NCBI GenBank assembly: GCA_041751195.1
Contig: JBGSXX010000002.1
Coordinates: 35,839 to 99,838 of the forward strand
DNA: 64,000 bases
DNA from: Pyrinomonadaceae bacterium
Lineage (GTDB): Bacteria > Acidobacteriota > Blastocatellia > Pyrinomonadales > Pyrinomonadaceae
Direction of reading: 5' to 3'
Shown piece by piece: positions 49,202-58,398 of the stretch; the stretch's first letter is position 1; the number at the start of each line of letters is the position of its first letter. A model generated the notes under the pieces. It searched no databases and was not told the DNA's origin. It was given only the letters and a program-made list of their open reading frames with translations. Both the position numbers and the translations under genes were made by a program.

Positions 49202-50191
49202 TCAGCGGGCGAAGTAGCCTTGGCGGGAGCGGGCGATGAGGTCGGGGTTGGATGTTTCGATTCGGATCGCACGCCATTTGCCGTCGCGGGTGCCATTGGT
49301 CGGCTGGTATTCAATTGTGTAAAGCGTGCGGAGATCGGCGGCAACCTCGGCGTAGAGGCGACCCATTTCTTCGAGACGCTGGATTGTGTTTACCGTGCCG
49401 CCCGTGCGATCAGCGATTATCCGGAGGCGCGAACGAGCGGCGGTGAACATTGCGATCTGCAGAGGCGTTGGGTCGGCGAGGCGTGCCGGGTCGCCGGTAG
49501 GGAGGGCAAGCGGGTAGATGGTGGCGCCGACATTATCGGCGAAATTCAAGATGGAATTTAGGCGCGCGTTGTCGCCGGGTTCGATGGCGGTCGGCATCTG
49601 GTCGTCAGTAAGCGAAGACAGGCGTTCGCGGTCGGCGGATTGCGATGCGGTGTCGACGCCGTCAGTTAAGACGACGACGGCTTTACGGGTCGTGTTTTCG
49701 GCCTGGAGACGCTGGAGAGCGAACTGGATAGCATCGTAGAGATTTGTTGAACCTGCCCCGTTGGCTACTGAGATCGAGTGGGCGGCTCGACGACGATCAT
49801 TTGTGAAATCGTTGAGAAGTGTGATGCGGTCGTGAAATTCCACGACAGCGATGCGATCTGCGGGTGAGAGGGCATCGAGAAATCGGGAAGCAGAGAGCTT
49901 GATATTTTGGCGAAAGCTCTTTGTGGAGCCGCTCATGTCGAGGAGCATCACAACGCTAAAAGGAGCGGAGCTGGATTCGAACTTCGAAATATCCTGACGC
50001 ACGCCGTCCTCGAAGACGGCGAAATTCGTCTGAGAAAGGGTGGTGATGGGCCGACCGCGCTGATCCACGACACCGACATTTACACGGACGATCGCGGAAT
50101 CGACGCGGATGGGATCGTCGTCCTGAGCAGCGGTGAAAACGGCGCAGCAGAGGACGATAAATAATGCCAGGAGGAAGGTGGATCGGGACAT
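49202..50191 (-). CDS. Secreted VWA domain protein (VWFA-related acidobacterial-type)
   Basis: 329 aa. Signal peptide, then an N-terminal beta domain (VRVNVGVVDQRGRPITTLSQTNFAVFEDGVRQ). VWA MIDAS-like DMSGS. The layout recalls the acidobacterial VWFA-related family. Confidence 0.75.
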   Translation of the reverse strand: MSRSTFLLALFIVLCCAVFTAAQDDDPIRVDSAIVRVNVGVVDQRGRPITTLSQTNFAVFEDGVRQDISKFESSSAPFSVVMLLDMSGSTKSFRQNIKLSASRFLDALSPADRIAVVEFHDRITLLNDFTNDRRRAAHSISVANGAGSTNLYDAIQFALQRLQAENTTRKAVVVLTDGVDTASQSADRERLSSLTDDQMPTAIEPGDNARLNSILNFADNVGATIYPLALPTGDPARLADPTPLQIAMFTAARSRLRIIADRTGGTVNTIQRLEEMGRLYAEVAADLRTLYTIEYQPTNGTRDGKWRAIRIETSNPDLIARSRQGYFAR

Positions 50192-50313
50192 AGGATTATA
50201 CTAACAATCAGACGCGGTGAAGCGAAAGGCGGTTGCTTTATTCCGCTTGTGAAATTGCTTAACTTTTTGTGGTCAATACGTTATAATCCGAACAGCCCGA
50301 TTTTAAGAGAAAA

Positions 50314-50883
50314 TTGGAGACAGAAGATCGAGCATCCTCAAGCTCTGAGGATCTTTTGCGAATGTTTTTTAAGCCGAAGTTTTGTTGCAATTGCGGTGAA
50401 GTCATTGAGCGCGACCAATGGCGTTTGTGGACGAGCCGTCGTTTTTGTGAGCTTTGCGAGACTGAATTTAAGGGGCAGGACCTGATACCTCGTGCGATCG
50501 TGGTTGTGGCACTGCTGGTTGGTGTTGCGGGCATGGGGGCGGCGTTTCGGGATGGCGGCGGCGTTGCGGCGTCTGCGGAGAGACCGACGGCGATGTCGCT
50601 GGTCGGCGGCCGAGGTAGCGATAAAGGTGGACAGCAGCGACCTTCGAATGGTGGGGTCGCCGATCCGCAGGCCGGGGCTACGGAAGAGCCGGCGACAACT
50701 AGCGAACAACCGGCGAGTCGCGAAAAATCATCAGAGCAGGAAGTTCACTTTTGTGAAGCAACAACGAAAAAAGGCAAACCATGTTCACGCCGAGTAAAAA
50801 GTAAAGGCTATTGCTGGCAGCACGAAAGGGCATCAGCTGATAAACCGGCTCAGACGCATTCGCGTCCGACCGCGAGTTTTTAG
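50314..50883 (+). CDS. Hypothetical zinc-ribbon / TM protein with a C-terminal Cys/His cluster
   Basis: 189 aa. CCNCG...CELC ribbon, one TM helix, and a C-terminal FCEATTKKGKPCSRRVKSKGYCWQH cluster. The start may instead be the internal MFFKPK. Confidence 0.5.
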   Translation: METEDRASSSSEDLLRMFFKPKFCCNCGEVIERDQWRLWTSRRFCELCETEFKGQDLIPRAIVVVALLVGVAGMGAAFRDGGGVAASAERPTAMSLVGGRGSDKGGQQRPSNGGVADPQAGATEEPATTSEQPASREKSSEQEVHFCEATTKKGKPCSRRVKSKGYCWQHERASADKPAQTHSRPTASF

Positions 50884-50981
50884 GATATTTACTGTTTTTC
50901 GGACGCCGTAAAATATTGAATTTTCGAGCTTTTTGATTCAGAATATCTGTTTCAGACTTCGTCGCCCTAAACACGATCGAA

Positions 50982-52835
50982 ATGAAACCTCTTGCACAAA
51001 ACACTCTGATCCAGAATCGATACCTCGTCGTGCATCTTATCGGCAAGGGGGGAATGGGCGAGGTCTATCTTGCGGTGGATCAGCGTCTCGGCAGCGCGGT
51101 CGCGTTGAAGCGGACCTTCTTTGCGGGCGATGAGATGCTTGGAGCGGCTTTTGAGCGCGAGGCACGTACGCTGGCGCGAATGCGTCATCCGGTATTGCCG
51201 AAGGTCAGCGACCATTTTGGCGAGGGCGATGAGCAGTATCTGGTGATGGAACACATCTCTGGCGACGATCTGGCGAAGCGGCTGGAAGTTGCGCAGAAAC
51301 CGTTTCCGCTGAGCTGGGTGATGTTTTGGGCGGACCAGTTGTTGGACGCTCTTTCATACTTGCATTCGCATGAGCCGCCGATAATTCACCGGGATATTAA
51401 GCCGCAGAATCTGAAGCTGACGGATGAGAACCATGTGATCCTGCTCGACTTTGGATTGGCGAAGAATTCGACCGGGAACACGAACATTACGTCGACGAAG
51501 AACAGCACCGGAAGCACGGGTAGCGTTGTGGGGTATACGCCGCATTATGCGCCGATGGAACAGATCAGGGGGATCGGGACGAGTCCAAGAAGCGACCTGT
51601 ATTCACTTTCGGCGACGCTTTATCAGCTTTTGACGAATTCGATCCCGATGGATGCGCTGACGCGGGCGGACTCAATGCTGAACAGCATGGGGGATCCGAT
51701 AACGCCGATCAGTGAGCTGAACCCTGAGGTTTCGACGGCAGTGTCGCAAGTGATAATGCAGGGGATGGAGCTGAGCCAGGAGCGGCGTTTTGAATCTGCG
51801 CGGGAGATGCAGAAATCGCTGAGGCGGGCATTCGCAGGCATTCAGAACGAGATGGCGGCGAAGACCGTTGCGTTTAGTGCGGCCGAAGTTGAAGCCGCGG
51901 GCGACATGCCGATGGCGGTGTCACTTGATCAGACCGAGGTGATGGATTTTGGTCTGAAGCAAGAGGCACGCGAGGCTTATCAATCGGGTCGATCTTTGCC
52001 GCAGGATGACGTTCCCGCGACGGACAGCTATTCGAGACAATCGGATGTTAAGACTGAAGTTTTCATTGCAGGGTCTGGGAACTCACTGCCGATCCCGGAA
52101 GATGCGGGTGCTTCTGATTCGTATTCAGCGCCGGCTGACGCACCCGCTGAAAACTGGGCGCCGACGCAGGATTTTTCTGCGTATGCTCGCGAGCATGAGG
52201 AGCCGGTTGGTGATAGCGGCGGATTTTCGCCGGATGCGACCGTGCCGGTGATCGCGCTCGATCAGGGTGGGACAGCCGATTTGGGCAATTCTGGCGGGTT
52301 TGGCGAGGGCGAAACGCGAGACGGAGATTCGTTCGGGCATCCTTCGGACCCAGACATGCACGACGCTGCACCGCCGATGGTAGCAGCGGCTGCGGTCTCG
52401 GCTGCGCCGGTTGCGGCTAAAGCTCCCGCAAAGAAGAAGTCTGCAGGGAAGATATTTGCGATATTTGGCGGGTTGTTTGCGTTCTTTGCTCTTGCGTTGG
52501 GAGCGGTTGGTGGTGGTCTGTATTACTACAACAACTATTACACTGCCGGTGCGGTGGAAGAAGAGCCGACACCGACGCCAGAGATGACGCCGACACCTAC
52601 GCCTTCGCCGGAGCCGACTGTTGAGGCGCTCGTGGATGCGAATAGCAACGCGAATATGTCGGAGGATGTTAATTCTAATACGGCACCCTCGCCGACGCCG
52701 GCAGTAACGATCCCGGGAGCGACCCCGCGTCCGGCGGTTACGCCGCGTGCAACTCCGCGTCCGCAGGTAACAGCGCCGGCAACGCCGAAACCGACGCCTG
52801 CAAAACCGTCAGTGAAGCCTACTCCGCTTCAGTAA
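50982..52835 (+). CDS. Ser/Thr protein kinase with C-terminal TM helix and Pro/Thr-rich tail
   Basis: 617 aa. GKGGMGEVYLA, VALK, HRDIKPQNLKL and DFGLAK. TM segment IFAIFGGLFAFFALALGAVGGGLYYY. PT-rich C-terminus. Confidence 0.9.
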   Translation: MKPLAQNTLIQNRYLVVHLIGKGGMGEVYLAVDQRLGSAVALKRTFFAGDEMLGAAFEREARTLARMRHPVLPKVSDHFGEGDEQYLVMEHISGDDLAKRLEVAQKPFPLSWVMFWADQLLDALSYLHSHEPPIIHRDIKPQNLKLTDENHVILLDFGLAKNSTGNTNITSTKNSTGSTGSVVGYTPHYAPMEQIRGIGTSPRSDLYSLSATLYQLLTNSIPMDALTRADSMLNSMGDPITPISELNPEVSTAVSQVIMQGMELSQERRFESAREMQKSLRRAFAGIQNEMAAKTVAFSAAEVEAAGDMPMAVSLDQTEVMDFGLKQEAREAYQSGRSLPQDDVPATDSYSRQSDVKTEVFIAGSGNSLPIPEDAGASDSYSAPADAPAENWAPTQDFSAYAREHEEPVGDSGGFSPDATVPVIALDQGGTADLGNSGGFGEGETRDGDSFGHPSDPDMHDAAPPMVAAAAVSAAPVAAKAPAKKKSAGKIFAIFGGLFAFFALALGAVGGGLYYYNNYYTAGAVEEEPTPTPEMTPTPTPSPEPTVEALVDANSNANMSEDVNSNTAPSPTPAVTIPGATPRPAVTPRATPRPQVTAPATPKPTPAKPSVKPTPLQ

Positions 52836-52846
52836 GGAGAAAAACG

Positions 52847-54238
52847 ATGAGAATGTTCACCCGAACTTCGCCCTTGATCGCTACGGTCATAATCGCACTT
52901 TGCACTTTTGTTTCCTCGGCGGACGGGCAGAATCGCAGGGATGTGAGGCGAGCAGAAGATCTTGTCCGTGATGGCAACACTGCGTTTAACCGGAAGGATT
53001 ATCGCGATGCGATCGCTAAATATGCTGAGGCGATCGTGCTCGTGCCGAACAACTCGACGGCGCATTTCTGGAAGGGGATGGGGCACTTTTATCTTGATGA
53101 GCCAGCGATGGCGATTCAAGAGTTGGACCGCGCGGAGTCGCTCGGGTTTGAGCGGCCGATCGATATCTACCGCGTCCGGTGGCGAATTCATTTCGCTAAC
53201 CAGAGTCAGGATCTTGCGTTGCGTGATGTGAATGCAGGGCTTGCGCTGGACCCGGAAAATGCGGATATGCTGCTCGCAAAAGCTGACATGGATTTCGCGG
53301 GTGAGCGATATGCGGATGCGAAGGTTGCATATGAGCGTGTGCTTCCGCGGGTTACGAACAACGCCGATATTCATTTGAATCTAGCGAAGATCCATTACCA
53401 GTTGGGTGATGTTCAGCAGCAGTCGGCGTCGGCGCTTGAAGCGCTTGCGAAAGGGACGGCGAAGCCAGGTGACGCTTATCTTCTGCTTGGCAACGCTTTT
53501 CAGAATCAAAGGCGTTATCCGGAAGCGATCGACAACTATCAGAGGGCGTTGACGGCGGACCCGAAGAATTATGAGATCTATCGGAGTCTGGCAGACCTTT
53601 ATCGGGTTCAGAATCGGTTTGACGACGCGATATTGATCTCGAGGCGAGCGTTACAGGTGTTCCCGAATGACGGAAATATCTACACGGATGTGAGCTGGTA
53701 TTACAGCTTGGCCGACCGGCACGAAGAGGCGATACAGGCGGCGCAGGCCGGGATTCGGTTCTTGCCGGATCAGTATATGGCATACACAAACCTGTGCCGG
53801 GCGTACAATGATACACAGCGACCTGAGCTTGCGATCACTGCATGCAACAACGCGTTGAGGATCAAGCCCGGCGACGGCGAGACGCATTTTTATCTGGCGA
53901 GAGCGTTTTCGCTACTCAAGAGGCCGGCAGAGTCAACCAAGAACATTAAGCTTGCGATCACGGGGTTGGAGCAGTTTACGCGTGAGAGGCCGGACTATTC
54001 CGACGGCTTTTATCTTTTAGGAAATGCTTATTTCACCGACGGGCAGACGGAAAAGGCGATAGCGGCCTATGAGCGCTGTTTGGCACTGAGTCCGCGGTTT
54101 GCGAAAGCAAGATTCAATTTGGGGCTGCTGCACGTGGGCAAAGGCGAAAAGGATAAGGCGATCGAGCAATATAACAGCTTGATCGCGCTCGATCGCTCGC
54201 TTGCGAATGACCTGAAAGAACAGATCGACAAACTTTGA
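52847..54238 (+). CDS. TPR repeat protein (secreted)
   Basis: 463 aa with a signal peptide and about 10 recognisable 34-aa TPR-like repeats (A..Y..AL..DP.N). 11 nt after the kinase stop. Confidence 0.85.
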   Translation: MRMFTRTSPLIATVIIALCTFVSSADGQNRRDVRRAEDLVRDGNTAFNRKDYRDAIAKYAEAIVLVPNNSTAHFWKGMGHFYLDEPAMAIQELDRAESLGFERPIDIYRVRWRIHFANQSQDLALRDVNAGLALDPENADMLLAKADMDFAGERYADAKVAYERVLPRVTNNADIHLNLAKIHYQLGDVQQQSASALEALAKGTAKPGDAYLLLGNAFQNQRRYPEAIDNYQRALTADPKNYEIYRSLADLYRVQNRFDDAILISRRALQVFPNDGNIYTDVSWYYSLADRHEEAIQAAQAGIRFLPDQYMAYTNLCRAYNDTQRPELAITACNNALRIKPGDGETHFYLARAFSLLKRPAESTKNIKLAITGLEQFTRERPDYSDGFYLLGNAYFTDGQTEKAIAAYERCLALSPRFAKARFNLGLLHVGKGEKDKAIEQYNSLIALDRSLANDLKEQIDKL

Positions 54239-54258
54239 TCGGACAAATATCCTCGGAA

Positions 54259-55437
54259 CTATTGCCCGAACCGATTGCCTAGCAGAAATGCGGCAAGGTT
54301 CGGGCTTTCGTGTGAGCGGTCATAGCCTACAAGTTCTACGTACGAGCGGCCGGTGACGGACCGGTCGCCAATCCTAGCATCCACTGTGCAGTCGCCTTCC
54401 CAGTAGACGATCATCGTTGATCCGCGCGTGTCGAGTTCCTGGTCTTTCATAACCGGCTGAACGTTTGCGGAGATATGCAGCGACGGGACGAAGACGACCC
54501 AGCCTGACGGGTAGGTAGCGCCAGAGCCGGGACTCGTCCATTCGCCGGTCGGCTCGATTGAGATCTGGTCTGCGGAGAGGCGTGTGGTTGTGCCATCTTT
54601 GTCTACGAACACCCCGCTGGAGAAGGGCGAGATATTATTTTTGCTGTCGCGAAGCTGGTAGCACATCAACTCCGTTTGATCGTCAAACTGGATGGAGAAC
54701 CAGTCCCAGCCTTTTTGCCGTTCGGTGGGCGCCCATGTGCCGAATTCGCGGTCCATCCAGGCGAGGCCGGTGAAATGTTCGACCTTTCCGTCGATGAGGA
54801 TGTCACCCTCGGCAGCCATTCGCGTGTAGGAGAAATAGCGCGACGCTTCGCCTTCGTCTTTGAACGAGACGCCGTTTTCGCCATTGAGCACGACGGGCTT
54901 TACGGGGGTAAAGCTGGCTTCCATGACGATGTCGGAATCGAGGGCGGCACGAACGTGATGAGACCCGCCGGCCTCGCGGACGGACCAGTCTCCGAGCCGC
55001 AGGTGGTAATGTGCGGCGGACGCGGACGCGGGCAGGTCTAGCGGGCCGTTGCTGCTCTTGCGATGTTCGTAGCGAAACCGCTGAGTTCGATGGTCGGTGA
55101 CGGCGAAGTGAGCAAAATAATACGGGTTTCCGATAAGGCGTAGCGGGACGACGGCGAATTTGTCGAGGTCGGTCCGGCGCTTAAAGAAAACGAGTTCGAA
55201 GCCGAATTGGCGTCCGGACGCAGTTTCGGCGTGGCCGGTGTAGTACCACCATTCGGTCTGAACGTTATCGTGAGCGGCCAGGTCGCGGGGGAGTTCGACC
55301 GGGTGATGTTCGGTGCCATCGCGCAGGTCGTGCGGTTCACCGTGAAGGAAGTGGGCGACGCCGTCGAAAAGGGCGGCCGATGCGGCGCCCGCTGTGTCGA
55401 TAAAGTTCTGGAAAAAGTTTGAAGCGCTCGATGTCAT
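54259..55437 (-). CDS. Lipocalin-like hydratase family protein (CrtC / AttH-like)
   Basis: 392 aa. The TEWWYYTGH block is characteristic of the carotenoid 1,2-hydratase (hydroxyneurosporene synthase) / AttH family. 49 nt downstream of the anti-sigma gene. Confidence 0.6.
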   Translation of the reverse strand: MTSSASNFFQNFIDTAGAASAALFDGVAHFLHGEPHDLRDGTEHHPVELPRDLAAHDNVQTEWWYYTGHAETASGRQFGFELVFFKRRTDLDKFAVVPLRLIGNPYYFAHFAVTDHRTQRFRYEHRKSSNGPLDLPASASAAHYHLRLGDWSVREAGGSHHVRAALDSDIVMEASFTPVKPVVLNGENGVSFKDEGEASRYFSYTRMAAEGDILIDGKVEHFTGLAWMDREFGTWAPTERQKGWDWFSIQFDDQTELMCYQLRDSKNNISPFSSGVFVDKDGTTTRLSADQISIEPTGEWTSPGSGATYPSGWVVFVPSLHISANVQPVMKDQELDTRGSTMIVYWEGDCTVDARIGDRSVTGRSYVELVGYDRSHESPNLAAFLLGNRFGQ

Positions 55438-55486
55438 TTCCTTTAGTTCGATGATATGACAAAGACGGATTCTGGTGAAAGTTCAA

Positions 55487-56299
55487 TTAGTAAGGCGAGG
55501 TGTTCACGTTGACGCTTTGGAACCTGATAACGACGCGGGTTGTTTCTGAGCGGCCGTCCATTTTTGCGGGTACGAACGGAGCAAAGTCGGGGTCGGACTG
55601 AAGTGCTTTTTGAAGCTCAATGATGGCGGCATCGTCGCCAGCTGGTGTTTCAACTACCTCGGCGATGCGGGCAAGGCCGTTGCCGAATACGTCGGCGACG
55701 ATCACGACTTCGTCGTCGTGCATCTCACCACGCATAAGCGAGCGGGTGAGAGCGATCAGAGCACCGCGGGGGTTGATGCTCGGCGATTCTTTCGAGATCG
55801 CGAGCCGCGAGTTTGCATATTCGAGGGGCGTCAGATGAGACAAGCTTGCGAAATCACGATTTGTCGAGATCGGACGCTGGGTCAGATACTCGGGCTGCTG
55901 GGTCGCGAGATTGGCAGCGTAATCGGGCTGTGTGCCGCCGACGAAGATAACCCAAAGAAAGGTGAAGCCTAGGATCAAAGTCGAAACGGAGCCGACAGCG
56001 TAAGGCATGAGCCAGCGGTCGATCCAGACATCGGTCGAACCGACGAGGCGAAAATTTGGCCCGTCATTGGTTTTGCCGAGGCGGGCGGCCATCATGGCTT
56101 TGGTCGCGTCGAGCACGGCGACAGGGATCTGCGGACGCGAGACCGAGCGAAGTTCGCTGTGAATCTCGCGGTGATCAGACAGGGTCTGACGGCAGAGCGG
56201 GCACGTGATGAGGTGGGCATCGAGCCGGGCGCGTTCATCCGCAGAGAGCAGATCATCGCTGTAAAGCGGGAGCATGAATTTGAATTCCGGGCACTTCAT
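55487..56299 (-). CDS. Anti-sigma factor (zf-HC2 type) with one TM helix
   Basis: 270 aa. N-terminal H-x3-C-x2-C (HLITCPLCRQ) preceded by MKCPEF..., with a central TM helix. Downstream of the ECF sigma gene. Confidence 0.7.
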   Translation of the reverse strand: MKCPEFKFMLPLYSDDLLSADERARLDAHLITCPLCRQTLSDHREIHSELRSVSRPQIPVAVLDATKAMMAARLGKTNDGPNFRLVGSTDVWIDRWLMPYAVGSVSTLILGFTFLWVIFVGGTQPDYAANLATQQPEYLTQRPISTNRDFASLSHLTPLEYANSRLAISKESPSINPRGALIALTRSLMRGEMHDDEVVIVADVFGNGLARIAEVVETPAGDDAAIIELQKALQSDPDFAPFVPAKMDGRSETTRVVIRFQSVNVNTSPY

Positions 56300-56455
56300 T
56301 TTGCTTCCTTATCGTTTCAAAATTAATCGGATGACTGGCTGACCCCGGTTGTTCTCTGTTGCCAGAGAGCAACAACTTTCTCAGTGGTTATGCCGTTATG
56401 CGTCGGGTTCCCTTGATCGATGTTGCTGGTCGATTTCAAAACTACCCGATGCTGA

Positions 56456-56483
56456 TTGACGTTCCCGCCGAAAATTCGTTCCC
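56456..56483 (-). promoter_or_regulatory. ECF-type promoter candidate inside the sigma/anti-sigma gap
   Basis: The minus strand reads GGGAAC-N16-CGTCAA, with GGAAC at 56482-56478 and CGTC at 56461-56458. This matches the common ECF -35 GGAAC / -10 CGTC pattern. Confidence 0.4.
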
Positions 56484-56561
56484 TTTAGACCTCTCGTTTG
56501 GCACCGATATGTCTTAGCTTTTAAACACGGAACCGGGGCGAGTCAATCATCCGATCAATTT

Positions 56562-57239
56562 TCAAAAATCTTTGAGCCTTAGTCTCAGCTCTTCTCTGCC
56601 GCGTGCGAGCCGCGATTTAACGGTTCCCACATTTATGTCGAGAGCCGCGGCTATCTCTCCGTATTTCATCCCTTCGATGTCGCAAAGCACGATCACTTCT
56701 CTGAAGGGCTCGGCGATCTCGATCAATGCCGACCGAAGGGCCCTTTCGCGTTCGGCACGTTGTGCGGCTTCTTCGGGCGAGTCACACTCGTCGGCGATCG
56801 TGTCGGCGTAAACCATTTCGGTGCGGCCGACGGAGTCGTCGAGTGAGACGGTGCTGCTCTTTTTCCGCCGCTTCCACCATCGAAACCGGTTTCGGCTTTG
56901 GTTGACCGCGATGCGGTAGAGCCAGGTTTTCAATTCCGATTCGCCGCGAAAGCTTTTGATCGACCTCAGTGCACTTAGAAAAGTTTCCTGAGTGAGATCG
57001 CCGGCTTCTTCGTGATCTTCGGTCAGCCGGAGCAGCAGTGCGTAAACGTCGGCGGAGTATCGGTTGATCAGCGTGTCAAACGCGTCGCAGCTTCCCGCCC
57101 TTAAACTTTCAATGAACTCAATTTCGGCACGTTCGAACGCGGAAGTGACATCGGCCACTGTGGAAGCAGCTTCTAGATGCTGCTCGTCAATTGTGATCGA
57201 CTTGCCGAAGATCATGTCGCGCGCTCTGCTTTTACCCAC
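56562..57239 (-). CDS. ECF-family RNA polymerase sigma-70 factor
   Basis: 225 aa, with a GTG start and AGGA 8 nt upstream. Region 2 (DLTQETFLSALRSIKSF, WLYRIAVN) and region 4 HTH (YGEIAAALDINVGTVKSRLARGR). Confidence 0.9.
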   Translation of the reverse strand: MGKSRARDMIFGKSITIDEQHLEAASTVADVTSAFERAEIEFIESLRAGSCDAFDTLINRYSADVYALLLRLTEDHEEAGDLTQETFLSALRSIKSFRGESELKTWLYRIAVNQSRNRFRWWKRRKKSSTVSLDDSVGRTEMVYADTIADECDSPEEAAQRAERERALRSALIEIAEPFREVIVLCDIEGMKYGEIAAALDINVGTVKSRLARGREELRLRLKDF

Positions 57240-57283
57240 CGATCAGTCCTGGTTGTGTGCCCCTATAGCGGGCTTAGTTAGTT

Positions 57284-57309
57284 AGACACCGAATAAACGA
57301 AAGTGTTCC
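57284..57309 (-). promoter_or_regulatory. ECF-type promoter candidate upstream of the sigma gene
   Basis: The minus strand reads GGAAC-N17-GTCT, about 45 nt upstream of the GTG start. This is the usual autoregulatory position. Confidence 0.35.
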
Positions 57310-57467
57310 CGAAAAATATAAATTATTTTCTGAGCTGGTAATAAGGCGGTGTTGATGTTCATTTAGTTGCCCTTGCCGGCGAATTGAGCTAAATTAACTC
57401 TTTTGGAAAATTTCCAGTTTCGCAATTATACAACGTTCTAATATCAGAAGATTGCAGTTTTTATAAG

Positions 57468-58337
57468 ATGGCAAGAAAAAAGCGTAGAGTTGAGCCGACC
57501 GCGGCGCCACCGACAGCGGCGGCGTCGAAAGAACCGGTGCGTTATCAAGACACCTTTCAGCGAACGGTCGGTGAAAAGATAGAGGACGCCGGGAAGGTGT
57601 TTGAGGGGCAGGGGCGGAACATTTTGTATGGCCTGGCTGCCCTGGTGGTTCTTGGCATCATAGTGTGGCTGATCTTTGCATGGAGCGGGCGGTCGAGTGC
57701 CGAGGCGCAGGCGGCGCTCGGACGGGCGATCAGGACGTCTGAGGCGATGGTGACGGATCAGCCGATGCCTGCGGGTTCGACAGATCAGCGGACATTCAAG
57801 ACGAACCAGGAACGTGCGGAAGCTGCGATAGCTGAGTTTCAGGCGGTCGCGGATACGTACGGCGGTTCAGTGGCTGAGAAGGCCCGATACTTCATTGCCG
57901 TTAACAGGCTGACGCTGGACAGGGCTGCGGGTGCACAGGAGCTTGCGGCGTTGGCTGGGTCGAGCGGTGAGGTCGGGACGCTTTCGAAGTTTGCACTAGC
58001 TCAAGTAAGGCAGAACGACGGGCAGTTTGATGAGGCGGCGACGCTTTATCGCGAACTGTCGCAGGGTTCCGATTCGATCATCGCGAAAGGGACGATCGAT
58101 TATGAACTTGCGAACGTTTTGGAGAAGCAGGGAAATCGCGAGGAGGCGGTGAACGTTCTGTTTGAGTTGGTGAGGGAAGCGAGCGAGGCGAAGGACCCTG
58201 AGGGTAAGCCGATCCCGCTGACATCGATAGCGCAGCAGGCGAAGGACAAGCTGCAGAATCTGGACCCCGAGCGAGCGAAACAGCTGCCGGAGGTGCCGAT
58301 CGAATCACCCTTGGGCGGAAATCCTTTCGGGATGTAA
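57468..58337 (+). CDS. Membrane-anchored TPR-like protein (YfgM-like layout)
   Basis: 289 aa. Basic N-terminus, a single TM helix (ILYGLAALVVLGIIVWLIFAW) and a helical-repeat C-domain. Confidence 0.5.
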   Translation: MARKKRRVEPTAAPPTAAASKEPVRYQDTFQRTVGEKIEDAGKVFEGQGRNILYGLAALVVLGIIVWLIFAWSGRSSAEAQAALGRAIRTSEAMVTDQPMPAGSTDQRTFKTNQERAEAAIAEFQAVADTYGGSVAEKARYFIAVNRLTLDRAAGAQELAALAGSSGEVGTLSKFALAQVRQNDGQFDEAATLYRELSQGSDSIIAKGTIDYELANVLEKQGNREEAVNVLFELVREASEAKDPEGKPIPLTSIAQQAKDKLQNLDPERAKQLPEVPIESPLGGNPFGM

Positions 58338-58398
58338 TTGGCGGAGTTGTTGACCGCGCGGCTGGTCTCGGCAGATAATTGAGTTGCCGAGAGCGCGG

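Noticed and set aside
56346-56371. The hairpin GTTGTTCTCT-N6-AGAGAGCAAC in the sigma/anti-sigma gap, considered as an attenuator.
   Set aside because: The wobble pair that completes the stem exists only on the plus-strand transcript, whereas the genes are on the minus strand, where it becomes an A-C mismatch. No T-run follows it.
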